Of a stretch of 64,000 nt of DNA, positions 30,144-40,618 are shown in pieces. A program made the translations under genes and the position numbers. The notes under the pieces were generated by a model. It was not told the DNA's origin, made no database searches, and saw only the letters and a program-made list of their open reading frames with translations. Position 1 is the stretch's first letter. Every line of letters begins with the position of its first letter. The stretch comes from Clostridia bacterium. GTDB taxonomy: Bacteria; Bacillota; Clostridia; Oscillospirales; CAG-272. The stretch lies in the NCBI GenBank assembly GCA_017396225.1, contig JAFQMP010000015.1:18446-82445 (forward strand), read 5' to 3'.

Positions 30144-30947
30144 TTATTTTTCTGCCGCCTCACGGCGGCGGTATTCGCTGGGGGTTGTCTGCATCTGCTT
30201 GATAAAGGCGCGGTTGAAGGTGCGTGATGTGGTAAAGCCGACAAGCTCCGCAATTTCCGTGACAGGGCGCTTACTGTGGCGCAGATGGTGGCAGGCGTAA
30301 GAAATGCGCAGGGAATTGATGTAATCGTTGAAATGCATATGCAGCTTGTCCGAAAACAGATGTGAGATATAATAGCGGCTGATGTGCAGCTCCCTTTCCA
30401 GTGTCGCAAGTGAGATTTCGTTTCGATAATTCTGCATACAGTAAGATAGGATAGATTTCAGGGGGTGCGTTTCTCCCGAGGGGGATTCCTTTAACTCCAT
30501 TTGACGGAGCAGGCGGGAAAAGAGCATCAGCAGAACGCCCTCGCGCTCGGCGTTGGTAAAGGTGTTGTCCTCTTCCGGCATTTCGGTGAGGCGGTAGAGC
30601 AGCCTTAGCACCTCTTTGTCGTTTGCCGCGCCCTTGATGACGTTTTTGCGTGGTAGCTTCTCGTGAAAAACGGTGCTGAGTGCGGGCATTAGATTGGGGT
30701 TAATGATGAGTAGTACATAATGCTCGTCGTCGTGTGATTCATAGCGGTGAATCTGATTGGGGAAGGCGATGAAAATATCGCCCGCCGCCAGCTCCTCCCG
30801 CTCGGCATCGGCAAAAGCAGTTGCCGAGCCATTCAGCATAATGGCCATTTCAATATGGTAATGCAGGTGCGCGGAGCAGCCAATGCGCCGCTGTGAGATT
30901 TCGGTCAGCGTGAGGTCTGTTTTTCGGTTCTCGTAAAAGACGAGCAT
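30144..30947 (-). CDS. AraC-family transcriptional regulator (cupin sensor plus HTH)
   Basis: 267 aa. N-terminal cupin-like half; C-terminal 'ISRYYISHLFS' and 'GFTTSRTFNRAFIKQMQTTPSEYR'. Confidence 0.85.
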   Translation of the reverse strand: MLVFYENRKTDLTLTEISQRRIGCSAHLHYHIEMAIMLNGSATAFADAEREELAAGDIFIAFPNQIHRYESHDDEHYVLLIINPNLMPALSTVFHEKLPRKNVIKGAANDKEVLRLLYRLTEMPEEDNTFTNAEREGVLLMLFSRLLRQMELKESPSGETHPLKSILSYCMQNYRNEISLATLERELHISRYYISHLFSDKLHMHFNDYINSLRISYACHHLRHSKRPVTEIAELVGFTTSRTFNRAFIKQMQTTPSEYRRREAAEK

Positions 30948-32059
30948 TGGCGGGAAATCTCCTTTCGTTTGATGCGGGGACCTATGGTGGTCAAAAGCTC
31001 ATAGGGAATGGTCTGCAGCCCTGCGGCGGCCTTTCGGATATCGTAAAAAATTTGCACAGGGTCCCCTGTTTTGACAGGGGTGTTTCCCAAATCCAGCATC
31101 ATATAGTCCATACAAATGCGCCCCACAATGGGAACCGTAAAGGCAACATTGTTGTGGAAAACACGCACCGTCTCACCACTAAATGCGCGCGAAATGCCGT
31201 CTCCGTAGCCAATTGGTACAGTGCCGATGCGCGTGGGGCGCTCGGTGACAAAGGCGCCGCCATAGCCAAGAGGCGTGCCTGACGGCAGGTCGTGTATCTG
31301 AACCACGGTAGAGAAAAGCGACAGTGCAGGGCAAAGTGGCAGGCGCGTTTTCACAGGGGAGATGCCGTAGAGCGCGAGACCGGGCCGCACGCCGTCCAAA
31401 ACGCTGTCAGGTAGTGTGAGCAGTGCTGCCGATGCGGCAGCGTGTGCGAAAAGAGAGTAGCCCTTGCTTGCCAATTGTGCGCGACAGGAAAGAAAACGCG
31501 CAAGCGCATGGGTTGTTGCTTGTATATCGGTATCTGCATTCGGAAAGTGCGTGTAAATGCCTGTGGGACAGATGCCCTTTTGACCGATAAGTGTGGCAAT
31601 GGTGTTGATTTCATCGGGGGAAAAGCCAAGGCGGTGCATACCGCAATCAAGCTTGATATGCACGGCAATCTCTGTGCCCGCAAGTCTTGCGGTGTGCGCG
31701 AGCGCAGCCGTGTATTCTGCCGAGAAAACAGTCTGTGTAATTTTATTTGCCGCAAGCCTTGCGGCGTGCTGCGGTGGGGTATAGCCGAGTATCAGAATGT
31801 CGGCAGATGGTGCGATTTTTCGTACCGTTAGCGCCTCTTTTAGCGTAGCAACGCCAAAAAAATCGCACCCTGCCCTCAGGAAAGCGCCTGTGGCGATGCG
31901 CAGGTCGTGTCCGTAGGCGTTGGCCTTGACAATGGCAATCACGCGGGGTGCTTTGCCGTTTGCGTGCGCGGCGGCGTACGCAGAAAGCTGCTGATAGTTT
32001 TGCATCAGTGCCGCGGTATCAATCAGCGCTGTGGCGCGCATCGGAGAAAAGTCGGTCAT
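30905..32059 (-). CDS. alr: alanine racemase
   Basis: 384 aa from ATG 32059 (RBS GAAGGAGGG). PLP-Lys motif 'AIVKANAYGHD'. The 3' end overlaps the AraC start by 43 nt. Confidence 0.9.
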   Translation of the reverse strand: MTDFSPMRATALIDTAALMQNYQQLSAYAAAHANGKAPRVIAIVKANAYGHDLRIATGAFLRAGCDFFGVATLKEALTVRKIAPSADILILGYTPPQHAARLAANKITQTVFSAEYTAALAHTARLAGTEIAVHIKLDCGMHRLGFSPDEINTIATLIGQKGICPTGIYTHFPNADTDIQATTHALARFLSCRAQLASKGYSLFAHAAASAALLTLPDSVLDGVRPGLALYGISPVKTRLPLCPALSLFSTVVQIHDLPSGTPLGYGGAFVTERPTRIGTVPIGYGDGISRAFSGETVRVFHNNVAFTVPIVGRICMDYMMLDLGNTPVKTGDPVQIFYDIRKAAAGLQTIPYELLTTIGPRIKRKEISRQCSSFTRTEKQTSR

Positions 32060-32162
32060 ACGCCCTCCTTCATCATAGCACAATTTTTGTCTGGTAGCAA
32101 GCCCAAACAGGCATTTTTTTGCAAACAATAGCATATTTTGTGGGGAGAGAGGTGGGGGTTTT

Positions 32163-32657
32163 ATGTTCAAACAAAAGTTACATATGTTGTTGCCGCTTTT
32201 TTTATTGTCCTTGCTGCTTTTTGGCTGTGGGCAAAAGCCTGATACGCTTGCGCCCTTTCGGGGGGCGTATTTTGCCGAGCTTTCAGGAACGCTTTACGGC
32301 ATGGAGTTTGCGGCAGCTGTTGAGATGACGGCGGCAAGCGGCGGGGGCACGCGTGCGGCTACGGTTACATTTTATGCACCCGCCGCGCTGGCGGGCACAA
32401 CCGTTGCGCGCAATCAAGCGGGTGAAATCAATATCACGGCGGGAGATGTGACCTTGCCCGATGTAGGCGGCGTTGGCGCGGCGCTCTTTTCCCTGTTTCC
32501 TGTGTCGGCGGAAATTACCGAAACTGAATTGACAGAGGAGGGGCATACGCGCGTGTGCGGAGAAGGATTTGTCCTGATACTTTTGCCTGACGGTACGCCG
32601 TATGAAATCAAAACCGATGCTGTGAGTGCCAGGGTTGTGCGCTTTGCGGAAAAATAA
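32163..32657 (+). CDS. hypothetical lipoprotein
   Basis: 164 aa. Signal peptide with lipobox 'LLLFGC'. No recognisable domain. Confidence 0.6.
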   Translation: MFKQKLHMLLPLFLLSLLLFGCGQKPDTLAPFRGAYFAELSGTLYGMEFAAAVEMTAASGGGTRAATVTFYAPAALAGTTVARNQAGEINITAGDVTLPDVGGVGAALFSLFPVSAEITETELTEEGHTRVCGEGFVLILLPDGTPYEIKTDAVSARVVRFAEK

Positions 32658-32696
32658 AAAAACCCCACTTGGTTGTGAAAACCAAGTGGGGTTTTA
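32656..32696. terminator. bidirectional intrinsic terminator
   Basis: AACCCCACTTGGTT-GTGAAA-AACCAAGTGGGGTT flanked by an A-run and a T-run, between convergent genes. Confidence 0.8.
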
Positions 32697-32704
32697 CTTG
32701 TATT

Positions 32705-33751
32705 TTACAGGTAGGGACGATAAAAGCGATATGCCGAGGGGAGTGCGTACCTTGTGTCAATTTCCTCGCGCGGTGCAAGAAAGCACCCGTCAGGGAGCTT
32801 CGCGGCATCGCAGATATCAAGCTGTACCTCGAAGCCCGTCATGTGCCATTCAAGGTGTGTGAAAATGTGCTTTGCCTCGCCAATCGGTGCGATGCGTAAG
32901 GGAGATAAGCCCATTCCCTGCAGCGTTGCCGCAACCTCTGCGGTGGTTTGCTTTCCGTCAAGGCAGAGGGGCTCAAAAAGCCCGGAAAGCAGCCCTGTTT
33001 CGGGTCTTTTACGCAGCACGACGGTGTCGTTTATGCGCAAAATCAGCACCGTGCGCGCCTCTTTTTTGCGCGGTGCAGGCTTGGCACGCAGCGGAATGGT
33101 GTCGGTTTTACCGAGCATTCTTGCCTGACAGCGGTCGGCAAGCGGGCAGACCTCACATTTTGGTGTGCCGTTGGGCAGGCAAACGGTTGCCCCCAATTCC
33201 ATGAGCGCCTGATTGAAAACGTCGGGGGCGTGGCCTGCGAGCTCTTTTGCCACGGCCGCGGTGAGCAGCTTTTTCGAGGCGGGCGCTAAAATATTTTCCG
33301 TAAATGCCAGCAGGCGTGCCGTGACGCGCAGCACGTTTCCGTCCACGGCGGGGTGGGGCAGCCCGAAGGCGAAGGAGGCGATGGCGCCTGCGGTGTAGTC
33401 ACCTATGCCGCACAGGGCGCGGATATCCTCATAGGTATCGGGAAAGTTGCCCCCGTGTTCGGTCATGATACTGTTTGCCGCCCTTTGCATATTGCGCACG
33501 CGGCTGTAGTAGCCAAGCCCTTCCCAGAGCTTTAAGAGCAAATCGGCGGGCGCCTCGGCGAGCGCCTTTACGGTGGGTAACGTGTCAAGAAAACGACGGT
33601 AATAAGGCAAAACAGCCTCTACGCGTGTTTGCTGGAGCATAATCTCGGATACCCAGATGCGGTAGGGGTCTTTTGTATGTCGCCACGGCAGGTCACGCTT
33701 GCTTTCCTCGTACCACGCGAGAAGTGGCGTTAAATCGGGTAATGTTAACAT
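32705..33751 (-). CDS. mutY: A/G-specific adenine DNA glycosylase
   Basis: 348 aa. HhH-GPD 'LCGIGDYTAGAI', Fe-S loop 'CLPNGTPKCEVCPLADRC', C-terminal NUDIX-like domain. Confidence 0.92.
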   Translation of the reverse strand: MLTLPDLTPLLAWYEESKRDLPWRHTKDPYRIWVSEIMLQQTRVEAVLPYYRRFLDTLPTVKALAEAPADLLLKLWEGLGYYSRVRNMQRAANSIMTEHGGNFPDTYEDIRALCGIGDYTAGAIASFAFGLPHPAVDGNVLRVTARLLAFTENILAPASKKLLTAAVAKELAGHAPDVFNQALMELGATVCLPNGTPKCEVCPLADRCQARMLGKTDTIPLRAKPAPRKKEARTVLILRINDTVVLRKRPETGLLSGLFEPLCLDGKQTTAEVAATLQGMGLSPLRIAPIGEAKHIFTHLEWHMTGFEVQLDICDAAKLPDGCFLAPREEIDTRYALPSAYRFYRPYL

Positions 33752-33773
33752 CGGTATGCTCCTTTCCTTGTCG

Positions 33774-33818
33774 TTAAAAACAGGGGAGAGAAGTCGTGCT
33801 GACGATTTCTCTCCCTGT
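33774..33818 (-). terminator. intrinsic terminator after the suf genes
   Basis: Minus strand CAGGGAGAGAAAT...TTCTCTCCCCTG hairpin followed by TTTTTAAC. Confidence 0.65.
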
Positions 33819-33821
33819 CAC

Positions 33822-34748
33822 TTATTTCAAAAATCCGCCGATGATTTGCTCCTCGGCTTCCTTTTCGGTAAGACCGAGCGTCATCAGCTTAATCAATTGC
33901 TCGCCTGCGATTTTACCGATAGCGGCCTCGTGAATCAGTGATGCATCGGGGTGATTTGCAAGAATTTCAGGTACGGCACTGACCGATGCGCCGTCCATGA
34001 TAATGGCGTCACATTCGGTGTGGCCCGAGCAGACGTTGTTGCCGTTGACGTGGGATACAAAAATCTGCTTGGATTGGTCACGCGCCACCGAGCGCGAGAT
34101 GACGTGTGTGCCGCAATCCTTGCCGTCAAGGTCAATTTCAAAATAGGTCTTGGCAACCTGGTCGCCGTGCGTCATCAGCTTTTCGCGCACGATGAGTGTT
34201 GCTCTGTCGGCAAGCTTGGCACGCGTGGTGCGGTCGGTGCTGTCCACGCCCTTAATCTGGGCAGTTTCCATTTCCATATAAGCGCCCTCGGCAAGCGTAA
34301 TCACAGAGGTGGGATTCATCACGTTGCGACCGTTGCCGTCCCCCTCGCCGTAGTGCTTTTCGATGTAGCGCACGCGGGAGTTTTTGCCGACGAAGAAGGA
34401 GTGCACACCGCTGTGCTCGCTTTCGTCCGAGCCGCCGTTGTGAATGCCGCAGCCCGCCACAATGGTGACGTCGCAGTCCTCGCCGATGTGGAAGTCGTTA
34501 TAGACGAGCTCCTTAAGACCCGTCTGGGCGAGCAGCACGGGAATATGCAGGCTCTCCTTTTTGGTGCCGGGTCTGATATAAATGTCAATACCGGGCTTGT
34601 CCGTTTTGGGAACAATTTCAATGTTCTCGGAGTTACCGGTGGCAAAGGTTTTGCCGTCTACGCGCAAGGAAAATGCGCCTGCAGGCACCTCGTGAATGCC
34701 CGCGACCTGCTCAAGCAGGTTCTTTTTGATGCTGTCAAGCGCTGCCAT
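33822..34748 (-). CDS. Fe-S cluster assembly scaffold, SufB/SufD family
   Basis: 308 aa from ATG 34748, which shares 1 nt with the sufC stop. Beta-helix-type SufBD sequence, ending 'EAEEQIIGGFLK'. Confidence 0.8.
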   Translation of the reverse strand: MAALDSIKKNLLEQVAGIHEVPAGAFSLRVDGKTFATGNSENIEIVPKTDKPGIDIYIRPGTKKESLHIPVLLAQTGLKELVYNDFHIGEDCDVTIVAGCGIHNGGSDESEHSGVHSFFVGKNSRVRYIEKHYGEGDGNGRNVMNPTSVITLAEGAYMEMETAQIKGVDSTDRTTRAKLADRATLIVREKLMTHGDQVAKTYFEIDLDGKDCGTHVISRSVARDQSKQIFVSHVNGNNVCSGHTECDAIIMDGASVSAVPEILANHPDASLIHEAAIGKIAGEQLIKLMTLGLTEKEAEEQIIGGFLK

Positions 34749-35476
34749 CAGCCATTCACCTCCGTGACACGGCAACCGCCGGAAATTGTGCCGAAAAGCA
34801 TGGGCAGCACCTCTTGCTTAGAGCCCTCTGCGGCAATTTTGCCGTCTGCCACCATGATGACCTTGTCCGCGATGTTGAGAATGCGCTCCTGGTGGGAGAT
34901 GATGAGGATTGAGCCCTGCGTTTTTTCGTGCATTTTTTCAAAAACCTTGATGAGGTTATTAAAGCTCCAGAGGTCGATGCCTGCCTCAGGCTCGTCAAAG
35001 ACCGAAAGCTTGGTGCCGCGCGCGAGAATTTCGGCAATTTCAATGCGCTTCAGCTCGCCGCCCGAAAGGGAAGCGTTGATTTCGCGGTTGACGTATTCCT
35101 TGGCGCAAAGCCCCACCTCGGAGAGGTAGGAGCACGCGGTGGCAACTGAGATTTTTTCGCCTGCCGCAAGGGAAATGAGGTCCTTGACCGTGAGGCCCTT
35201 AAAGCGGACAGGCTGCTGAAATGCAAAGCTGATGCCGCGTCTCGCGCGCTCGGTAATCGAGAGGTCGGTGATGTCCTCTCCGTCAAAAATGATGCGCCCC
35301 GCAGTGGGCTTGATGATGCCCGCAATAATCTTGGCAAGCGTGGATTTGCCGCTGCCGTTGGGGCCCGTAATCGCCACAAAGCGCTCGGAAATTTTCAGGT
35401 TTATGTCGTCTAAAATCTCGGTTTTCGCGCCTGCCTCGGCAGGGACGGAAAAGGAGATGTGTTGAAGCTCCAGCAT
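34748..35476 (-). CDS. sufC: Fe-S cluster assembly ATPase SufC
   Basis: 242 aa from ATG 35476 (RBS AAGGAG). Walker A 'GPNGSGKST', signature 'LSGGELKR', Walker B 'LSVFDEPEAGID'. Confidence 0.9.
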   Translation of the reverse strand: MLELQHISFSVPAEAGAKTEILDDINLKISERFVAITGPNGSGKSTLAKIIAGIIKPTAGRIIFDGEDITDLSITERARRGISFAFQQPVRFKGLTVKDLISLAAGEKISVATACSYLSEVGLCAKEYVNREINASLSGGELKRIEIAEILARGTKLSVFDEPEAGIDLWSFNNLIKVFEKMHEKTQGSILIISHQERILNIADKVIMVADGKIAAEGSKQEVLPMLFGTISGGCRVTEVNG

Positions 35477-35640
35477 AAAAACTCCTTGGTGCAATATAGT
35501 CTAAATTAGTATAGCACAGATAAGTCGATTTTTCAATAAGTTGGCGCGTTTTTTTATCGGTTGTTGTATTTTGACTGAAAATGTCGTTAAAAACCGTCAA
35601 AATCGGTAAAAAGTTTGTCAATTTTTTAACATCGTGCTAC

Positions 35641-35669
35641 TTGACGATAAAAAAACGGTGTGATATAAT
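35641..35669 (+). promoter_or_regulatory. sigma-70-type promoter of fumC
   Basis: TTGACG (35641-35646), 17-nt spacer, TATAAT (35664-35669), about 80 nt upstream of the fumC ATG. Confidence 0.65.
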
Positions 35670-35749
35670 ATATAATGATAATTTGCGGCAACGTCTCGCG
35701 CGCGTCGCGGGGCTATCGCATTATACTCTAAAATTTCAGGAGGGAACAC

Positions 35750-37126
35750 ATGGAATACCGCATTGAACATGACTCCATGGGTGAGGTCAGAGTACCTGCC
35801 GACAAATACTGGGCGGCACAGACCGAGCGTAGTCATGAAAACTTCCGCATCGGTGTCGGCATTGAGATTATGCCGCGCGAAATCACGCGTGCCTTTGGCA
35901 TTCTCAAAAAGGCAGCGGCAATGGCAAACGCCGCGCTGAAGCCCGAGAAGATGACTGCCAAAAAGCTTGAGGTAATCTCTCTCGCCTGCGACGAGGTGAT
36001 GTCGGGTGCACTCAACGACCACTTCCCGCTGGTTGTCTGGCAGACAGGCTCCGGCACACAGTCCAACATGAACGCAAATGAGGTTATCGCAAACCGTGCA
36101 AATGAGCTTGCAGGTGAGCGCCTCTGCCACCCCAACGATGATATCAATATGAGCCAGTCCTCGAACGATACCTTCCCCACTGCGATGCATATCGCGGCGG
36201 TTTGCGCGATTGAGGATAAGCTCTTCCCCGCAATCGACCTGCTTATCGACACCTTCAAGCGTCTTGAAAAGGAGAATGAGGGCATTGTGAAGAGCGGCCG
36301 TACCCACCTGCAGGACGCAACGCCCATTACCTTTACGCAAGAGATTTCGGGCTGGCGCACCAGCCTTGAGCGTGACAAGGAGCTGCTTGCTGCATCGTTG
36401 CCCACCCTCAAGGAGCTTGCGCTTGGCGGCACCGCAGTCGGCACGGGTCTGAACACCCCCAAGGGCTTTGACGTCAAGGTTGCCGAGGCTGTTTCCGAGA
36501 TTACCGGTAAGCAGTTCCGTACCGCGGGCAACAAGTTCCATGCACTGACTTCTAAGGACGAGCTCGTCTTCGCACACGGCGCAATCAAGGCGCTTGCCTG
36601 CGATATGATGAAGATTGCAAACGACGTCCGCTGGCTGGCGTCCGGCCCCCGTCTTGGCCTTGGCGAGATTTTCATTCCCGAGAACGAGCCCGGCTCCTCT
36701 ATCATGCCCGGTAAGGTCAACCCCACCCAGTGTGAGGCTGTCACTATGGTAGCCGTTCAGGTTATGGGCAACGACGTGGCTGTTGGCATGGCTGCCTCCC
36801 AGGGCAACTTTGAGCTGAACGTGTTTATGCCTGTCTGCATCTACAATTTCCTGCAGTCCGCCAGACTGCTGGCTGAGGCAATCGTGTCCTTTAACAACAA
36901 CTGTGCCGTCGGCATCGTTGCCAACAAGGAGAAGATGCACGGCAACCTCCACAACTCCCTGATGCTGGTTACGGCTCTCAACCCCTATATCGGTTATGAG
37001 AACGCCGCTAAGACTGCCAAGAAGGCATACAAGGAGGGCATCTCCCTGAAGGAGGCCTGCGTCGCACTTGGCTTCCTGACTGCTGAACGCTTTGATGAGG
37101 TGTTCCACCCCGAGCAGATGGTATAA
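35750..37126 (+). CDS. fumC: class II fumarate hydratase
   Basis: 458 aa. Fumarate-lyase signature '[15 protein letters not shown]'. Begins '[28 protein letters not shown]'. Confidence 0.95.
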   Translation: MEYRIEHDSMGEVRVPADKYWAAQTERSHENFRIGVGIEIMPREITRAFGILKKAAAMANAALKPEKMTAKKLEVISLACDEVMSGALNDHFPLVVWQTGSGTQSNMNANEVIANRANELAGERLCHPNDDINMSQSSNDTFPTAMHIAAVCAIEDKLFPAIDLLIDTFKRLEKENEGIVKSGRTHLQDATPITFTQEISGWRTSLERDKELLAASLPTLKELALGGTAVGTGLNTPKGFDVKVAEAVSEITGKQFRTAGNKFHALTSKDELVFAHGAIKALACDMMKIANDVRWLASGPRLGLGEIFIPENEPGSSIMPGKVNPTQCEAVTMVAVQVMGNDVAVGMAASQGNFELNVFMPVCIYNFLQSARLLAEAIVSFNNNCAVGIVANKEKMHGNLHNSLMLVTALNPYIGYENAAKTAKKAYKEGISLKEACVALGFLTAERFDEVFHPEQMV

Positions 37127-37413
37127 TTGCTTGCATCTTTGGCGCGGCGCGAGCGACTGAGCGCGGCGACGTACCGTGTACGCCTTGCCTTGCTCATTCA
37201 CTCACGCGGCACTCAAATCTGCGGCGCAATGCTTAATTTTTGGCGCGGCGCAAGAAAAATTAACTCGCCCGTATGACGAAGGTTATACCAAAATCCGATT
37301 TCATTGACCGCAAGGTTATTTGAATATGCCGCGGGGCAGGGAACTGCCCCTGCGGCCCATGAACCTGACGAAAACCCTTTTCGCCAACAAATTTACATGA
37401 AGGGAAAAAGCAT

Positions 37414-38196
37414 ATGAAATTCAGTTATTACCCCGGCTGTACGCTGAAAACGAAGGCCAAAGACCTTGATGCATACATGCGCGCCTCTGCAGAGGCGCTG
37501 GGTGTAGAGCTTGCAGAGCTGCCCGAGTGGCAGTGCTGCGGTGCTGTTTACCCCATGGCTAAGGACGAGATTGCTACCAAGCTTTCCGCTGTTCGCGCGC
37601 TGATGAGCGCACGCGACCTCGGCACTGACCTGGTAACGCTCTGCTCCGCCTGCCACAATGTCATCAAGCAGGTCAACCACGACATGAAGACCGATGCTGA
37701 CATCGCACTTCGTGCAAACAATTACATCGGTGCAGAAACGCCTTATATGGGCGAGACTGCCGTGCTGCACTTCCTGGAGGTGCTGCGTGACCGTGTCGGC
37801 TTTGACACACTCAAGGCCAAGGTCAAGAACCCTCTCACGGGCCGCAAGATTGGCGCTTACTACGGCTGTCTGCTGCTCCGTCCTTCCAAGATTATGGCAA
37901 TGGACGACCCTGAGAACCCCACCATTATTGAGGATTTTATCCGTGCAATCGGCGCAGAGCCCGTGATTTACGGTATGCGCAATGAGTGCTGTGGCGGCTA
38001 CGTCACCCTTGAAAACAAGGGCGAGGCAGAACGCCGTAGCAACATCGTGCTGGAGAGCGCGAAGGCCAAGGGTGCCGACACCGTTGTAACGGCTTGCCCC
38101 CTCTGCCTCTACAACCTCAAGAAGAACGGTGGCTGCGATGACGTTTCCGTCGTTTACTTTACCGAGCTGCTTGCAGAAGCGCTCGGTGTGAAATAA
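37414..38196 (+). CDS. hdrB: heterodisulfide reductase subunit B-like protein (two CCG domains)
   Basis: 260 aa. CCG motifs 'YYPGC..WQCCG..LCSACH' and 'YYGC..ECCGG..ACPLC'. Confidence 0.88.
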   Translation: MKFSYYPGCTLKTKAKDLDAYMRASAEALGVELAELPEWQCCGAVYPMAKDEIATKLSAVRALMSARDLGTDLVTLCSACHNVIKQVNHDMKTDADIALRANNYIGAETPYMGETAVLHFLEVLRDRVGFDTLKAKVKNPLTGRKIGAYYGCLLLRPSKIMAMDDPENPTIIEDFIRAIGAEPVIYGMRNECCGGYVTLENKGEAERRSNIVLESAKAKGADTVVTACPLCLYNLKKNGGCDDVSVVYFTELLAEALGVK

Positions 38197-38209
38197 GGAG
38201 GAATAACTG

Positions 38210-38605
38210 ATGAGCCACAATAAAAATGCAGCCGCAGTAGAAGAAGTTCTGCGTTCCTCCGGTGTAGACGTACGCAAGTGCATGCGTTGCGGCAAGTGCA
38301 CCGCAACCTGCCCCGCATTTGATGAGATGGAGTATCACCCCCACCAGTTTGTCTACATGGTAGAGAAGGGCCAGATTGACAAGCTCGCTGCGTCCGATTC
38401 TATCTACCGTTGCCTTTCCTGCTTTGCCTGCATGGAGCGTTGCCCCCGTCAGGTAGAGCCCGCGAAGCTGATTGAGGCAGTCCGTCTGCACGTCATTCGC
38501 GCAAAGGGCGCAAATCACCTGAAGCCCGAACAAATTCCCGCAATGCTTGACGAGGACCTGCCGCAGCAGGCTATCGCCAGCGCATTCCGCAAATACAGCA
38601 AGTAA
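38210..38605 (+). CDS. hdrC: heterodisulfide reductase subunit C-like 2x[4Fe-4S] protein
   Basis: 131 aa. 'CMRCGKCTATCP' and 'CLSCFACMERCP'. Confidence 0.85.
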   Translation: MSHNKNAAAVEEVLRSSGVDVRKCMRCGKCTATCPAFDEMEYHPHQFVYMVEKGQIDKLAASDSIYRCLSCFACMERCPRQVEPAKLIEAVRLHVIRAKGANHLKPEQIPAMLDEDLPQQAIASAFRKYSK

Positions 38606-38620
38606 GGAGGAGAAGCGATT

Positions 38621-40618
38621 ATGCAAAGAATTGGCGTATTTGTCTGTCACTGTGGCACCAACATTGCCGCAACCGTCGACGTAAAGGCCGTTGTTGAGGC
38701 GCTTTCTCACGAGCCCGGCGTCGTATTTGCGACCGACTACCAGTACATGTGCTCCGAATCGGGTCAGACCCTGATGCGTGAGGCCATTCGCGAGCATAAG
38801 CTCGGCGGTGTGGTTGTCTGCTCCTGCTCTCCCCGTATGCACGAGGCTACCTTCCGTAAGGCAGCTGCCAAAGAGGGTCTTAACCCCTACATGGTAGAGA
38901 TTGCAAATATCCGTGAGCAGGTATCCTGGATTCATAAGGATATCAAGGAAGGCACTGAGAAGGCAATTATCCTTGGTCGTGCCGCTATCGCAAAGGTACA
39001 TCTCAATCAGCCCCTGCAGGCAGGCGAGAGCCCTGTTACCAAGCGCGCGCTTGTTATTGGTGGCGGTATCGCAGGTATTCAGACTGCGCTTGATATTGCC
39101 GAGGCAGGCTTCGAGGTCGACATTGTCGAGAAGGAGCCCACCATTGGTGGTAAGATGGCGCAGATTGACAAGACCTTCCCCACCCTTGACTGTGCCGCTT
39201 GTATCCTGACCCCCAAGATGGTGGACGTTGCACAGCACGAGAAGATTAAGATTTTCTCCTACAGTGAGATTGAGTCCGTCAAGGGCTTCGTCGGTAACTT
39301 CCGCGTGGCTATCCGCCGCAAGGCGCGTTACGTTGACGAGGACAAGTGCACCGGCTGCGGCATCTGCACCGAGAAGTGCCCGCAGAAGAAGGTCCCCAAC
39401 GAGTTCAACATGGGCTTTGACACCCGTCGCGCCGTTTACATTCCCTTCGCACAGGCAGTGCCGAAGGTTGCCACCATTGATGCAAACTACTGCACGATGC
39501 TGAAGACCGGCAAGTGTGGCGTTTGCGCCAAGTTCTGCGGCGTAGGTGCTATCGACTACAAGCAGCAGGACCAGATTGTGGAGCGCGAGTACGGTGCGAT
39601 TGTTGCCGCAACCGGCTTCAATCCCCTCAAGCCCACCCAGTATGACGAGCTTGGTTATGCGACCTGCGCTGATGTGGTGACCTCCCTTGAGCTGGAGCGT
39701 CTGATGAACGCAGCGGGCCCGACCGCAGGCACGCTGCTTCGTCCCTCTGACAAGAAGCACCCCCACACCATCGTATTTGTACAGTGCGTCGGCTCCCGTT
39801 GCGATGCAGAGAACGAAAAGGGCAAGCCCTACTGCTCCAAGATTTGCTGCATGTATACCGCGAAGCACGCGATGCTGATTCGCGATAAGTACCCCGACAC
39901 CGAGGTTTACGTATTCTATATTGACGTACGTACCCCTGGTAAGAACTTTGATGAGTTCTACCGTCGTGCCGTAGAGCAGTACGGTGTTCACTACATCAAG
40001 GGTCAGGTTGGTAAGGTTGTTGAGGAGAACGGCACCCTGAAGGTGCAGGCAAGCGACCTGCTTTCCGGCGAGCAGCTTCACATTGATGCTGACCTCGTTG
40101 TTCTGGCAACCGCTGTTGAGCCTGACAAGAGCGCGCGCGGCATCGCCACGATGCTGACCGCCAGCATGGATACCAACGACTTCTTCACCGAGGCACACGC
40201 AAAGCTTCGTCCCGTAGAGTCCCCCACCGCGGGCATTTTCCTCTCGGGCGTTTGCCAGGGCCCCAAGGATATTCCCGAAACCGTATCCCAGGCATCTGCC
40301 GCAGCCGCAAAGGTTATCGGTCTGCTTGCCAAGGATAAGCTGACCTGCAATCCCTGCGTGGCACAGTCCGATGAGCTGCTTTGTAACGGCTGCTCCTCCT
40401 GTGAGCGTGTATGTCCTTACGGTGCTATCACCTATTCCGACAAGGAATTCCGCGGTCCCAACCGCACCACCCTTATCCGTCGCGTTGCTTCCGTTAACCC
40501 TGCAGTTTGCCAGGGCTGTGGCGCTTGTACCGTAGCTTGTCCCTCCGGTGCAATGGATTTGAAGGGCTTCTCGAACAGACAAATTATGGCGGAGGTTGAC
40601 GCAATATGCAAGATGTAA
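38621..40618 (+). CDS. hdrA: heterodisulfide reductase subunit A-like FAD/Fe-S flavoprotein
   Basis: 665 aa. 'ALVIGGGIAGIQTALDIAEAG', 'FPTLDCAACILTPKM', inserted and C-terminal ferredoxin motifs 'CTGCGICTEKCP', 'CNGCSSCERVCP', 'CQGCGACTVACP'. Confidence 0.9.
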   Translation: MQRIGVFVCHCGTNIAATVDVKAVVEALSHEPGVVFATDYQYMCSESGQTLMREAIREHKLGGVVVCSCSPRMHEATFRKAAAKEGLNPYMVEIANIREQVSWIHKDIKEGTEKAIILGRAAIAKVHLNQPLQAGESPVTKRALVIGGGIAGIQTALDIAEAGFEVDIVEKEPTIGGKMAQIDKTFPTLDCAACILTPKMVDVAQHEKIKIFSYSEIESVKGFVGNFRVAIRRKARYVDEDKCTGCGICTEKCPQKKVPNEFNMGFDTRRAVYIPFAQAVPKVATIDANYCTMLKTGKCGVCAKFCGVGAIDYKQQDQIVEREYGAIVAATGFNPLKPTQYDELGYATCADVVTSLELERLMNAAGPTAGTLLRPSDKKHPHTIVFVQCVGSRCDAENEKGKPYCSKICCMYTAKHAMLIRDKYPDTEVYVFYIDVRTPGKNFDEFYRRAVEQYGVHYIKGQVGKVVEENGTLKVQASDLLSGEQLHIDADLVVLATAVEPDKSARGIATMLTASMDTNDFFTEAHAKLRPVESPTAGIFLSGVCQGPKDIPETVSQASAAAAKVIGLLAKDKLTCNPCVAQSDELLCNGCSSCERVCPYGAITYSDKEFRGPNRTTLIRRVASVNPAVCQGCGACTVACPSGAMDLKGFSNRQIMAEVDAICKM

